From the NCBI GenBank assembly GCA_028826165.1, contig JAPDFW010000030.1, positions 83-64,082 of the forward strand: a DNA stretch of 64,000 nucleotides, given 5' to 3'. Shown one piece after another: positions 14,994-28,194 of the stretch. Source of the stretch: Anaeramoeba ignava BMAN. Taxonomy: Eukaryota; Protista; Anaeramoebae. Position 1 is the first letter of the stretch, and each line of letters opens with the position of its first letter. The notes under the pieces were generated by a model. That model was not told where the DNA came from. It did not search any database and worked only from the letters and a program-made list of their open reading frames with translations. The position numbers and the translations under genes were made by a program.

Positions 14994-15716
14994 GCAACGA
15001 GATTCCTACTGTCCCTATCTACCTTCTAGCGAACCAACAGCGAAGGGAACGGGCTTCGTACGAATGGCGGGGAAAGAAGACCCTTTAGAGCTTGACTCTA
15101 GTCTGATGAAGTAAAATGGTCTAAGAGGTATAGGATAGGCGGGAGTTTTTTATTTATTTATTTAAATGAAAAACAAAAGTGAAATACCGCTACTCTTGGT
15201 ATCATATTACTAATTTGTTTAAGTGGGTAAATAAATAAATTATTTTATTCTAATTTATTTATAATATTAATTTTAAATAAAAATAATAAAACCCAATCTA
15301 AAATTTTATATTTTTTTATTTTTAATATTGAAATATAAAAACAACAAAAACAAGATCAGGTGGGGAGTTTGGCTGGGGCGGCACGACTGCTATAAAATAA
15401 CGCAGACGTCCTAAGAGAAGCTCAAGAAGAACAGAAATCATGTTTAGAACATAAGGGTAAAAGCTTCTTTAAATTAAATTTTCAGTAAGAATAAAAAGTG
15501 TGAAAGCATGGCCTAGCGATCCTTTAAAAATATTCAATGAAATCTATACAAATAAAGTAGATAATGAAATTAGAGGTGTCAGAAAAGTTACCTGAGGGAT
15601 AACTGGCTTGTGGCAGCCGAGCGTTCAAAGCGACGTTGCTTTTTGATTCTTCGATGTCGGCTCTTCCTATCCTATTCTTGTATAAGGGAATAAGGGTCGG
15701 ATTGTTCACCCGTTAA

Positions 15717-15770
<54 letters not shown>

Positions 15771-16195
15771 CATTTATTTAAATAAAATAAAAAATAAAAG
15801 TATTTTGATAGTAATACAACATAGTACGAGAGGAACTGTTGTTTCAGATTAAAGGTAAAATGATTTGGATGAATAAGCAATGATTAGAAGCTTATATCTG
15901 AAGGATTATGGCTGAAAGCCTCTAAGCCAGAAACCAAACTAAATTAATAAAATACTCATTTTAAAAATCAAAACTTCATTTATTCAAAAAACACAATTTA
16001 AAATAAATTTTATATTAATAAAATTGAAAAATATTTATATATAAAAAAATGAAGAATAAAAATATTCAGTAAACGACTTTAAAATAGAACAAGGGATTGT
16101 AAGTAGTAGAGTAAGATTTTTAAATAAATAATTTTTATATTTTATTTATTTAAAAATAAATACGATCTATTGAGATTTAACCTTTTGTTCTTATA
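12559..16195 (+). rRNA. 28S (LSU) rRNA, apparently complete
   Basis: ACCTGCTAAATTTAAGCATAT, GACCCGTCTTGAAACACGGACCAAGGAG, AACTATGACTCTCTTAAGGTAGCCAAATGCCTCGTC, peptidyl-transferase motifs (GGGATAAC, TCGATGTCGGCTC, GAGCTGGGTTTAGACCGTCGTGAGACAGG), sarcin-ricin loop AGTACGAGAGGAAC, and 3' motif TGAGATTTAACCTTTTGTTC. Expansion segments are AT-rich. Confidence 0.97.
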
Positions 16196-16240
16196 TTTTT
16201 TTTTAAAAAATAAAAAATATTATTTAAGGGGGAAACATAT

Positions 16241-16350
16241 ATTTTTATTTTTTATTTTTTATTTTTTATTTTTTATTTTTATTTTTATTTTTATTTTTTA
16301 TTTTTTATTTTTTATTTTTTATTTTTTATTTTTTATTTTTTATTTTTTAT
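16241..16350 (+). terminator. T-rich (TTTTTTA)n tract downstream of 28S, possible Pol I release region
   Basis: Starts ~45 nt after the 28S end; function inferred only from position and T-richness. Confidence 0.3.
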
Positions 16351-16394
16351 TAATTAATTATAAATGAGGATAAAATTTATGATTAATGATGTAA

Positions 16395-17060
16395 AAATAA
16401 TGTAAAATTAATATTAATTTTATTCCAAAAAAATATTAAAAATTCAAAAATTTATTATAAATTTAGAATAAAATAATACAAAATTAAATCAATACAAAAA
16501 AATTAATATTAAATTTATATTAAATTTATTTTTGTTTAAAAAATTCAAAAACTCCAAAATATAAAAAATAAAAACCAAAATATTCCCAAATAAAACTCTT
16601 CTTCTTTTTATTTATTTTAAATCAATTTAATATCTAAATCTGTAATTACTTTATTAATTAATTTACTTTTAAATTTATTTATTTTCAAATTCTGAATTAA
16701 TTTATTTAATTTATTCTATTTATTTCTATTAGATAAAATCTTTATTTTATTTTATTTTATTCATCTCCAATTTCCCAAAAATAAAAATAAAAATAAAAAA
16801 TCAATAATTTCAAAAATCTAAATTTATATTTATTTATAATTATAATTTATCAAAGGTAATTAATTAAATTTCTTTTTCACTTCATTTAGATTCAATTTAT
16901 CTGATTATTATTTATTATTTATTTATTTATTTATTATTTTAAATTATTTTTATTTATTTTTATTAATAAATTTTGATTTGGAAAATATCAATCAATTAAT
17001 TAATAATCAATCAATAATTTATTTCTAATTCATTTCATTTTTTTTTCATTTCCAAAATTT
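16395..17060 (+). repeat. block P copy; right arm of the inverted repeat around the rDNA
   Basis: TTCTTTTTCACTTC, TTTTGATTTGGAAAATATC, ATTTCTAATTCATTTCAT. Confidence 0.8.
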
Positions 17061-17074
17061 AAATCAAATTTAAA

Positions 17075-19215
17075 TCAATTTATTTATATATATTATAAAC
17101 AAATTTATAACAAAATAATTAATTAATTTAATTTTCAATTTATTTATAATTTATATTCAAAAAATAAAAAAATCAATTTCTCTCTATATATAAAATATAT
17201 AAATTTAATTTTAAATTTTTATAATTTTTTAAATTTAAATTAAAAAATAAAAATCAATTTATTTATTTATATATATTAAAAACAAATTTATAATAAAATA
17301 ATATTTTAATTAATTTAATTTTCAATTTATTTTATTTATAATTTATATTCAAAAATAAAAATCAATTTCTCTCTATATATAAAATATATAAATTTAATTT
17401 TCAATTTATTTATAATTTAAATTAAAAATAAAAAAATCAATTTATTTATATATATTATAAACAAATTTATAACAAAATAATTTAATAAATTTAATTTCCA
17501 ATTTATTTATAATTTATATTCAAAAAATAAAAAATCAATTTCTCTCTATATATAAAATATATAAATTTAATTTTCAATTTATTTATAATTTAAATTAAAA
17601 ATAAAAAAATCAATTTATTTATATATATTATAAACAAATTTATAACAAAATAATTAATAAATTTAATTTCAATTTATTTTATAATTTATATTCAAAAATA
17701 AAAATCAATTTCTCTCTATATATATAAAATATATAAATTTAATTTTTCAATTTATTTATAATTTAAATTAAAAATAAAAAAATCAATTTATTTATATATA
17801 TTATAAACAAATTTATAAACAAATTTATAAAATAATTAATTAATTTAATTTTCAATTTATTTATAATTTTATATTCAAAAATAAAAATCAATTTCTCACT
17901 TATATATAAAATATATAAATTTAATTTTATTTATAATTTAAATTAAAAATAAAAATCAATTTATTTATATATATTATAAAAACAAATTTATAACAAAATA
18001 ATTAATTAATTTAATTTCCAATTTATTTATAATTTATATTCAAAAATAAAAATCAATTTCTCTCTATATATAAAAAATATAAATTTAATTTTCAATTTAT
18101 TTTATTTATTCAAAATTAAAAAATAAAAAAAAAAATCAATTTATTTATATATATTATAAACAAATTTATAACAAAATAATTAATTAATTTAATTTCCAAT
18201 TTATTTATAATTTATATTCAAAAAATAAAAAAATCAATTTCTCTCTATATATAAAATATATAAATTTAATTTTCAATTTATTTCAATTCAAATTAAAAAT
18301 AAAAAATCAATTTATTTATATATATTATAAACAAATTTATAACAAAATAATTAATTAATTTAATTTCCAATTTATTTATAATTTATATTCAAAAAATAAA
18401 AAATCAATTTCTCTCTATATATAAAATATATAAATTTAATTTTCAATTTATTTATAATTTAAATTAAAAATAAAAAAAATCAATTTATTTATATATATTA
18501 TAAACAAATTTATAATAAAAATAATTTAATTAATTTAATTTCCAATTTATTTATAATTTATATTCAAAAAATAAAAAATCAATTTCTCTCTATATATAAA
18601 ATATATAAATTTAATTTTCAATTTATTTGAATTTAAATTTAAAAATAAAAAAATCAATTTATTTATATATATTATAAACAAATTTATAACAAAATAATTA
18701 ATTAATTTAATTTCAATTTATTTATAATTTATATTCAAAAATAAAAAATCAATTTCTCTCTATATATAAAATATATAAATTTATTTTTTTTCAATTTATT
18801 TATAAATTTTAAATTAAAAAATAAAAATCAATTTATTTATATATATTATAAACAAATTTATAACAAAATAATTAATCAATTTAATTTCCAATTTATTTAT
18901 AATTTATATTCAAAAATAAAAATCAATTTCTCTCTATATATAAAATATATAAATTTAATTTTCAATTTATTTATAATTCAAATTAAAAATAAAAAAATCA
19001 ATTTATTTATATATATTATAAACAAATTTATAACAAAATAATTTAATTAATTTAATTCCCAATTTATTTATAATTTATATTCAAAAATAAAAATCAATTT
19101 CTCTCTATATATAAAATATATAAATTTATTTTTCAATTTATTTATAATTTAAATTAAAAATAAAAAAAATCAATTTATTTATATATATTATAAACAAATT
19201 TATAACAAAATAATT
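17075..19215. repeat. satellite B array (~170-bp unit, ~12 copies)
   Basis: CAATTTCTCTCTATATATAAAATATATAAA recurs every ~170 bp. Confidence 0.95.
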
Positions 19216-20870
19216 TATAAATTTAAATTCAAAAATAAAAAATCAATAATTTCAAAAATCTAAATTTATACTTATTTATATCATTATTTATATTTATAAT
19301 TTATCAAAGGTAATTAATTAATTAAATTTCTTTTTCACTTCATTTAGATTCAATTTATCTGATTATTATCTATTATTTATTTATTTATTATTTTAAATTA
19401 TTTTATTTTTATTAAATAAATTTTGATTTGGAAAATATCAATCAATTAATTAATAATCAATCAATAATTTATTTCTAATTCATTTCATTTTTTTTTCATT
19501 TCCAAAATTTAAATCAAAATTTAAATCAAAATTTAAATTCAAAATCAAATTCAAATCAAATCAAATTAAATTCAAAATTTAAATCAAATTCAAAATTCAA
19601 AATCTATTGATAATTTGTTCTGAAAATAAAATCTAAATATAAATATAAAAAAAAATCAAATTGATATTATTTTTATATGTTTTATTTAGAAACAAAAAAA
19701 AATCATCAAATTTGTTTTGTTTTGTTTGTTTCATTTCTTTTAATATTTTTATCTAAAATAAATAAATTAAAAATCCAATTTTTCTTTTTCTTTTCTTTTC
19801 TTTTTTTATTGATTCAAAATATTCCATAAAAATAAAAATAAAAAATAAAAAAAATTGATTATTAATTTTTTTATAAGTTTTTGGAATTCCTTAAAATGTC
19901 TGTATTCATTTTAAAATATTTATTATTTTATTATTTTATTATTTATTTTTATTATTAATAAATTTAAATTATTGATTTTATTTCTATTCTTAATTTTATA
20001 TTTAATTTAAATTATAAAATTATATTTTATTATTTATTTTTATTATTAATAAATTTAAATTATTTGATTTTATTTCTATTATTAATTTTATATTTATTTT
20101 AAATTATAAAATTATATTTTATTATTTATTTTTATTATTAATTTATTTAATTAATTATTTTTATTTATTTTGAAAACTTTTTATTTCAAGACAATTTAAT
20201 ATCTAAATCCAAAACTACTTTATTAACTAATTTACTTGTAAGTTTATTTTAATTCACAAAATTTATAAATTTATAAATTAATTAATTAATTTTACTTATA
20301 TTTATATTAGATAAAATCTTTATTTTATTCATTTTCAATTCTTCCAAAAAAAAATCATTATTTATAATCCACAATTTACCAAAATTAATTAATTAATTAT
20401 TTATTTATTTATTTATTGAATTAATGAAACTTCTTTTTCACTTCATTTAGATTAGATTAGATTAGATTAGATTAGATTCAATTTATCTGATTATTTATTT
20501 ATTTATTATTATTCATTTATTAATTTATTCCAAATTATTTTTATTTATATTTTTATTTATAAATAAATGGATTTTTGATTTGGAAAATATCATTAATTAA
20601 TTAATTAATAAATTATTTCTAATTTTCATTTTTCATTTTTCATTTTTCATTTTTCATTTTTCATTTTTCATTTTTTTTTTCTTAGAAGAATAAATATAAA
20701 AATAAAAATAAAAATAAAAATAAAAATAAAAATTACCTTCACAAAATGAAAGGAAATCTCAAAAACTAATAAAATATTCAATCCAATCCAATCCAATTCA
20801 ATTCAATTCAATTCAATTCAATTCAAAAGTAAATTTATTTATTTATTTACTTAAAAATTTAAAAATTTAA
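19215..20870 (+). repeat. shared block including P (also at ~30410-31925 and ~41640-43280; 5' half at ~53120-53930)
   Basis: GGAATTCCTTAAAATGTCTGTATTC, AAGACAATTTAATATCTAAATCC and AAAATGAAAGGAAATCTC are shared. Confidence 0.9.
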
Positions 20871-22096
20871 TTTTATTTTATTTCAATTATAAATAATTAA
20901 ATAATAAATTTAAATTAATTATTTTATTTCTATTATTAATTTTATATTTATTTTAAATTATAAAATTATATTTTATTATTTATTATTTATTATTAATTAT
21001 TTAATTTAATATTTTTATTATTTTTATTTCAATTATAAATAATTAAATAATAAATTTAAATTAATTATTTTATTTCTATTATTAATTTCATATTTATTTT
21101 AAATTATAAAATTATTTTTATTATTTTATTTTTATTATTAATTATTTAATTTAATATTTTTATTATTTTTATTTCAATTATAAATAATTAAATAATAAAT
21201 TTAAATTGATTATTTTATTTCTATTCTTAATTTTATTATTTTATTTTAATTTATAAAATTATATTTAATTATTTATTTTTATTATTAATTATTTAATTTA
21301 ATTATTTTTATTATTTTTATTTCAATTATAAATAATTAAATAATAAATTAAAAATTATATTATTTTATTTTATTATTATTATTTTATTTTAAATTTATAA
21401 AATTATATTTAATTATTTATTTTTATTATTAATTTATTTAATTAATTATTTTTATTATTTTTATTTCAATTATAAATAATTAAATAATAAATTTAAATTA
21501 TTTTATTTTTTTATTTTTTATTTTAATTTTATATTTATTTCAAATTATAAAATTATTTTTATTATTTATTTTTTTTTATTATTAATTATTTAATTAAATA
21601 TTTCATTTTAAAAAAGTTAATTAAATAATAAATTTAAATTAAATATTTTATTTCTATTCTTAATTTTATTATTTTATTTCAAATTATAAAATTATTTTTA
21701 TTATTAATTTTTATTATTAATTATTTAATTAAATATTTTTATTATTTTTATTTCAATTATAAATAATTAAATAATAAAATTTAAATTAATTATTTTATTT
21801 CTATTATTTATTTTATATTTATTTTAAATTATAAAATTATATTTTATTATTTATTTTTATTATTAATTATTTAATTAATTATTTTTATTATTTTTATTTC
21901 AATTATAAATAATTAAATAATAAATTTAAATTAATTATTTTATTTCTATTATTAATTTTATATTTATTTCAAATTATAAAATTATATTTTATTATTTATT
22001 TTTATTATTAATTATTTAATTAATTATTTTTATTATTTTTATTTCAATTATAAATAATTAAATAATAAATTTAAATTAATTATTTTATTTCTATTA
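20870..22096 (-). repeat. satellite A array (145 bp, ~8 copies)
   Basis: TTTCAATTATAAATAATTAAATAATAAATTTAAA and TTTCTATT periodicity. Confidence 0.92.
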
Positions 22097-23254
22097 TACT
22101 AGTGTTTGTTAAAATGTCTGACACAAAAAAGTAACATAAAATGTCCGATCAAAAATAATAATGAATTTTAAAAAGAATAAAAAATTTGTTTGAAAGATTT
22201 TACACAAAATGGAGAATAAAAAATTTTTTTTCTTTCTTAATTGTCCAATTCTGTTTTTTTTCTTTCTGATTTTCCTTTTTTTTGGATTTTTTTTCATTGT
22301 TTCCATTTTGTAAAAAACTTTTTTTTATACAACAAAAATTTTTCTTAGATTTTGAAATTTCCTTTTCTTTGAACACACCTAGTTTTCTCAACCTTAAAAT
22401 TCTTTTCCCCAATTTCAAAATTTTTGTAATTCATTTGATATTTTCACATATCTCGAGTTCTGAAGGAGCCTATAGATGCTCTAATCTTTAATTCCAAACT
22501 ATAATATATTCTTGGTATTATTTTAAAATTCTTCTTTTCAAATCCTTTCCGGAATTCTTTTAATTTTCTTGTCTAAGATTTCTTATTGTTTTTTTTCCTT
22601 TTTTTTTTTTTGAGTCAAATTTTTTCAAGGAACTTGTTTATGAATTTTCTTTTGGAATTTAAAATCCTTTTCTTCTTGTGGATATCTTTGAATTTAATAC
22701 TGAGTTATGACTCAAAACTTGAAAAAAAAAAGACTAATGGTTAACCAAGAACAGTTGGATCAAAAATTTTATTAATAGAAACATTTCAAATTCAATTTTC
22801 TGAATCATGGAAATCTTCTATTCTTCCCTCCCAACAAAATCTATTTTTCATATTCTTTCTCCAATAGGTCAACATTTTGTTTGGAATGAAGTGCTAGTTG
22901 AGATTTATGAGAAAGAGAAACTGTTTGAATGAAAACACCAATTTGATTTTAAATATTTTTTTCTTTTTCCTCTTTTCATTTCCTTTTCTTTCTTTTTGTT
23001 TTTTTTCTTTTTTGTGAATTTTTGAGAAGGAAATAAAATGAAACATTAATTTGAGACATTTTGGATGACTTTTTTGGTTGTGTAAAAATTTCAGGGGTAT
23101 TTTTTTAATCAGAAAAAAACATGAGAATCAATAAAAAAAATGAATGTGGTCGTTTTTATTTTTTGAAATACGAAAAGAATATTGAATTAATTTCCAAATC
23201 AAAACAAATGATAATAATTAAAATTGAAAATCGGCACTTTAAGGGAAATGAGTA
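22097..23254. mobile_element. ~1.16-kb insertion, probably a decayed or non-autonomous mobile element
   Basis: Higher complexity than its flanks; bounded by the 16-bp direct repeat TATTTTATTTCTATTA; TACT...AGTA termini; absent from equivalent junctions at ~43500, ~48330 and ~54410. No recognisable transposase motif. Confidence 0.55.
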
Positions 23255-23279
23255 TATTTTATTTCTATTATTTTATTTC

Positions 23280-23784
23280 TATTATTTTATTTCTATTATT
23301 TTTTATTAGGTTAAATAGGTTTTAAATTGAAAATTTTGATTAGTGCTTTTATTTTTTAAAAACAAAAAAACAAAAAATAAATTCATTTTCAAAAACATTT
23401 TAATTAATGTAATCTTTATAAAATCAAAAATCAAAAATCAAAAATGAAAAGAATTTATAATTAATTAATTAATTAATTGATTCTAAATTAATTAATATAA
23501 GATTCAAAAATAATTAACAAAATCTTTTTATTTATTTAAAATGTAATCAAAAAATCAAAAAATCAAAAAATAATCAATATTAATATTAATAATATTAATA
23601 TTAATATTAATTTTTCTTTCAATATAAATAATCAAAACAAAAAAACTATTCATTAACAAAATAAATTTATTAATATTAATTCTAAATTTTTAATTTTTAA
23701 TTTTTAGTTTAATTTACATTTATTGAAGGAAATTTCTTGTTGTTCTTGTTGTTGATAATTTAAAACAAAAATAACGAAAATAAA
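23280..23784 (+). repeat. block Q (five copies starting ~23280, ~33965, ~43530, ~48365, ~54435)
   Basis: Begins TTAGGTTAAATAGGTTTTAAATTGAAAATTTTGATTAGTGC and ends just before each 12-mer array. Confidence 0.92.
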
Positions 23785-24365
23785 TTGATTGATTTTCAGA
23801 TTGATTTTAAGATTTATTTTAAGATTGATTTTCAGATTTATTTTCAGATTTATTTTCAGATTTATTTTCAGATTTATTTTAAGATTTATTTTCAGATTTA
23901 TTTTCAGATTTATTTTCAGATTTATTTTCAGATTTATTTTCAGATTGATTTTCAGATTTATTTTCAGATTTATTTTCAGATTTATTTTCAGATTTGATTT
24001 TCAGATTTATTTTTCAATTTATTGATTTTCAGATTTATTTTCAGATTTATTTTCAGATTTATTTTCAGATTTATTTTTAGATTTATTTTAAGATTTATTT
24101 TCAGATTTATTTTCAGATTTATTTTCAGATTTATTTTCAGATTTATTTTCAGATTGATTTTCAGATTGATTTTCAGATTGATTTTCAGATTGATTTTCAG
24201 ATTGATTTTCAGATTTATTTTTAGATTGATTTTCAGATTTATTTTCAGATTTATTTTAAGATTTATTTTCAGATTTATTTTCAGATTTATTTTAAGATTG
24301 ATTTTCAGATTGATTTTCAGATTGATTTTAAGATTTATTTTCAGATTGATTTTCAGATTGATTTG
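23785..24365. repeat. 12-bp minisatellite (AGATTTATTTTC)n
   Basis: Directly visible, with variants AGATTGATTTTC and AGATTTATTTTA; produces the spurious FQIY/FIFR ORFs. Confidence 0.97.
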
Positions 24366-24600
24366 ATATTTATTTATTTGGCTTTTAAAAATGATTTAGA
24401 AACTATTGAATGAATAATTTACAAAACAAATGAATTGATTTATTTTCATTTAAGAAGACAAATAACACATAATTTATATTTATATTTATATTTATATTTA
24501 TATTTATATTTATATTTCTATTTCTATTTCTATTTCTATTTCTATTTCTATTTCTATTTCCAATAAATAAAATAAAAAGAAATGATTTTTTATTTATTTA

Positions 24601-25640
24601 TTTGATAAATTTAGATTACATATTAATATAAATATTTATATTAGTATTTAATTAATATTTAATAAATATTTTATTTATATTCATTATTTATAATTAATAT
24701 TTATATCTATTTATTATATTTAATTAATTTATTAAATTTATTTTAAATATGATTAATTTAATTTTATTTTAATTTTTAATTTGATAAATTTAGATTACAT
24801 ATTAATATTAATATTTATATTAGTAATTAATTAATAATTAATTAATATTTTATTTATATTCATTATTTATAATTAATATTTATATCTATTTATTATATTT
24901 AATTAATTTATTCATTTTATTTTTAAATATGATTAATTTAATTTTATTTTAATTTTTAATTTGATAAATTTAGATTACATATTAATATAAATATTTATAT
25001 TTATATTTAATTAATATTTAATTAATTAATATTTTATTTATATTTATATTTTATAATTAATATTTATATCTATTTATTATATTTAATTAATTTATTAAAT
25101 TTATTTTAAATATGATTAATTTAATTTTGATTTTTTAATTTGTTAAATTTAGATTGTAAAATTAATATAAATATTTATATTAATAATTAATTAATAATTA
25201 ATAAATATTTTATTTATATTCATTATTTATAATTAATATTTATATCTATTTATTATATTTAATTTATTTATTAAATTTATTTTTAAATATGATTAATTTA
25301 ATTTTAATTTAATTTTTAATTTGTTAAATTTAGATTACATATTAATATAAATATTTATATTAGTATTTAATTAATATTTAATTAATATTTTATTTATATT
25401 CATTATTTATAATTGATATTTATATCTATTTATTATATTTAATTTATTTATTCATTTTATTTTTAAATATGATTAATTTAATTTAATTTTAATTTTTAAT
25501 TTGTTAAATTTAGATTACAAATTAATATAAATATTTATATTAATAATTAATTAATAATTAATAAATATTTTATTTATATTCATTATTTATAATTAATATT
25601 TATATCTATTTATTATATTTAATTTATTTATTAAATTTAA
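24601..25640. repeat. satellite C (~180-bp unit, ~6 copies)
   Basis: TTG(A/T)TAAATTTAGATT near 24601, 24781, 24961, 25140, 25321, 25501. Confidence 0.93.
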
Positions 25641-28190
25641 ATTTAATAGGATAATCAATCAAAAATGAAAAATGAAAATAAAATAAAATTAGATGTTTTA
25701 AGAGAATAAATCTGAATTGATTTCCTTGATGATTGTGTATATTAATTTCTTTTGTTATGAGATTTATTGTTATTTAAGATTAAAAAAAAATGGGATTTGA
25801 TTGTAAAATTTTTTTTTCTAGTTTGTAATCAGAATAAAATAACATTTTCAACAACAAAAACAAAAACAAAAACAAAAACTTTGAAACAATAAAAAAGACA
25901 GAAACAATTCAAAATAAACAAAGAAAAACTTTGAAAAATAAAAATATATTCTCACATTCAAACAAGTTTTCAGGAAATCAAAATAAAAAGAAAAATCAAA
26001 AAAAAATATCCAATCAAGAAAAAAGAGAGAAATATTTCCTAAAAGGATTAAAACAGATCAGTTAAATTTCATTTCTTTTATTGAGGATAATGGAATAAAT
26101 GAAATTTTTTTCAAATTTTGATTTTAAATTAAATATAATTTTTGATTCTTAATAAGGGTTTAGTTGAGAGAAAAACAAATTAATTTGCAAAAAAAAAAAT
26201 GAATGAATCTAATCAAAATGAAGGAGAAGGGAAAAAAATAATTTTAATTTATTCAATTTAAAAAAAAAACACATTTTATTGATTTGATTAATTTACTTAA
26301 TTTTTCTTTTTTTTTTTTCTTGATTTTTGAATTTTTTTTCTTTTTCCCGCAAAATGAGTTTTGAATTGAAGAGAAAAAAAAGTGATTATTTGCAATTTTA
26401 GATAAAATTTATTGAATCAAGTTTATTCAAATATGTATTCAAATTTTTAAAAAATATTTATAACTCACAAATGTATTGAATATATATAATTTATTCAAAT
26501 TTAGATTATAAATTTATATCTAATTAATAATTTATTAATATTCATTATTTATAATAAATATTAATTTCTATTTAATATATTTAATTTAATATTATTTATT
26601 TATTTATTTATTAATTTCATTCTATTTTAAATATAATTTATTTAATAATTTTATTATTTTTAATTTTAATTTTTATTTTTAATAACAAATTCAATCAAAT
26701 AATAATTTACAAAAATTTAATATTTGCAAAATTATTTAATAAAATATTTTTATCATTTAATTTTTTTTTAATTGATTTTTATGATTTTGTATTGATATTA
26801 TTTGAAAATATATAAATATAAATATAAATATAAATTTTATTAAATTTTATTTTCTATTTTTGAAATAATGAATTAACATTTATTTCTTTTCATTTATTAT
26901 TATTTTCATTTTCAATCCAAAAATAAAATAAAAATATAAAAATATGAATAAAAATATATAAATAAAAATATATTTTATTTATTAAATATTTTTTTTTGAT
27001 TTGATTTTCTAATTCTTTTCCATTTTTTTTTGGAATAATTAATATTTCTTTTTATTCAAAATTTCATTTTAATTTCAATTCATATTTATATTTTATTTAT
27101 AAATAAATAAATAAATAAATAAATATTTTTGATTTAATTCATTTTAATTTATTTTTTTTTATGAATTTAGGAAAATAAAAATATATAAATTTGAAATGAA
27201 AAATAATAAATCAAAAAATGAATATATAATTAATAAATATATAATAATAAATATCAATTCAAAATATATCTAATGTAAAATGTTTAAAAATAAAAAATAA
27301 ATTTTTAAAAGTAGAAATCAAAATAAATAATATTTTTTTTATCAACTTTATTTCAATTTATATAAATATAAATCAAAAAAAAATCAAAAATTTATTCCAA
27401 TTTATATATTTCAATAATAAATATTAAATCAAAAATATATTTTATTAATTAAATATTCTTTTTTTTTTTGATTTGATTTTCTAATTCTAATTCTTTTCCA
27501 TTTTTTTTTGGAATAATTAATATTTCTTTTTATTCAAAATTTCATTTTAATTTCAAACAAATAAATCAATAAAATAAATAAAAATAAAATAATATTTGAA
27601 TTAATAATAAAATAAAAATGAAATATTATATATATTATATAAATATAAAAGAATGAATATATAATTAATAAATATATAATAATAAATATCAATTCAAAAT
27701 ATATCTAATGTAAAATGTTTAAAAATAAAAATAAATTTTTAAAAGTATAAATCAAAATAAATAATATTTTTATCAACTTTATTTCAATTTATATAAATAT
27801 AAATCAAAAAAAATAAAAAAAATCAAATTTTATTTTAATTTATATCATTTTAAACATTTTTCAATAATAAATATTAAATCAAAATATATATTCAAAATTA
27901 ATATAATAATAGAATCAAATTTATTATCAATATTATATTAATAAATAATATAATAAATATAATATAAGAATAATAAATATATTAATAAAAATATATTTTA
28001 TTAAATATTCTTTTTAATTTGATTTTTATTTTATAATTCTTTTTATATTTTTAGAATAATTATTTATTTATTTTCATTTATTATTTTATTCAAAATTTCA
28101 TTTTAATTTCATTTACAATTTAATTTATTTTAAATATAATTTAATTTCATTTTCAATTTGTTTTCATTTCATATTTATATATATAATTAA
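25640..28190 (+). repeat. block S (~2.5 kb), duplicated at 36200-38730, with an internal ~430-470 bp tandem duplication
   Basis: Near-identical text such as AAGACAGAAACAATTC and CCGCAAAATGAG. GAATATATAATTAATAAATATATAATAATAAATATCAATTC occurs twice per block. Confidence 0.9.
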
Positions 28191-28194
28191 TCAA

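Noticed and set aside
23785-24366. FQIY/FIFR repeat ORFs (also 44038-44801 and 54951-55995)
   Set aside because: These are translations of a 12-bp minisatellite, open in two frames with TTG starts; there is no evidence of coding.
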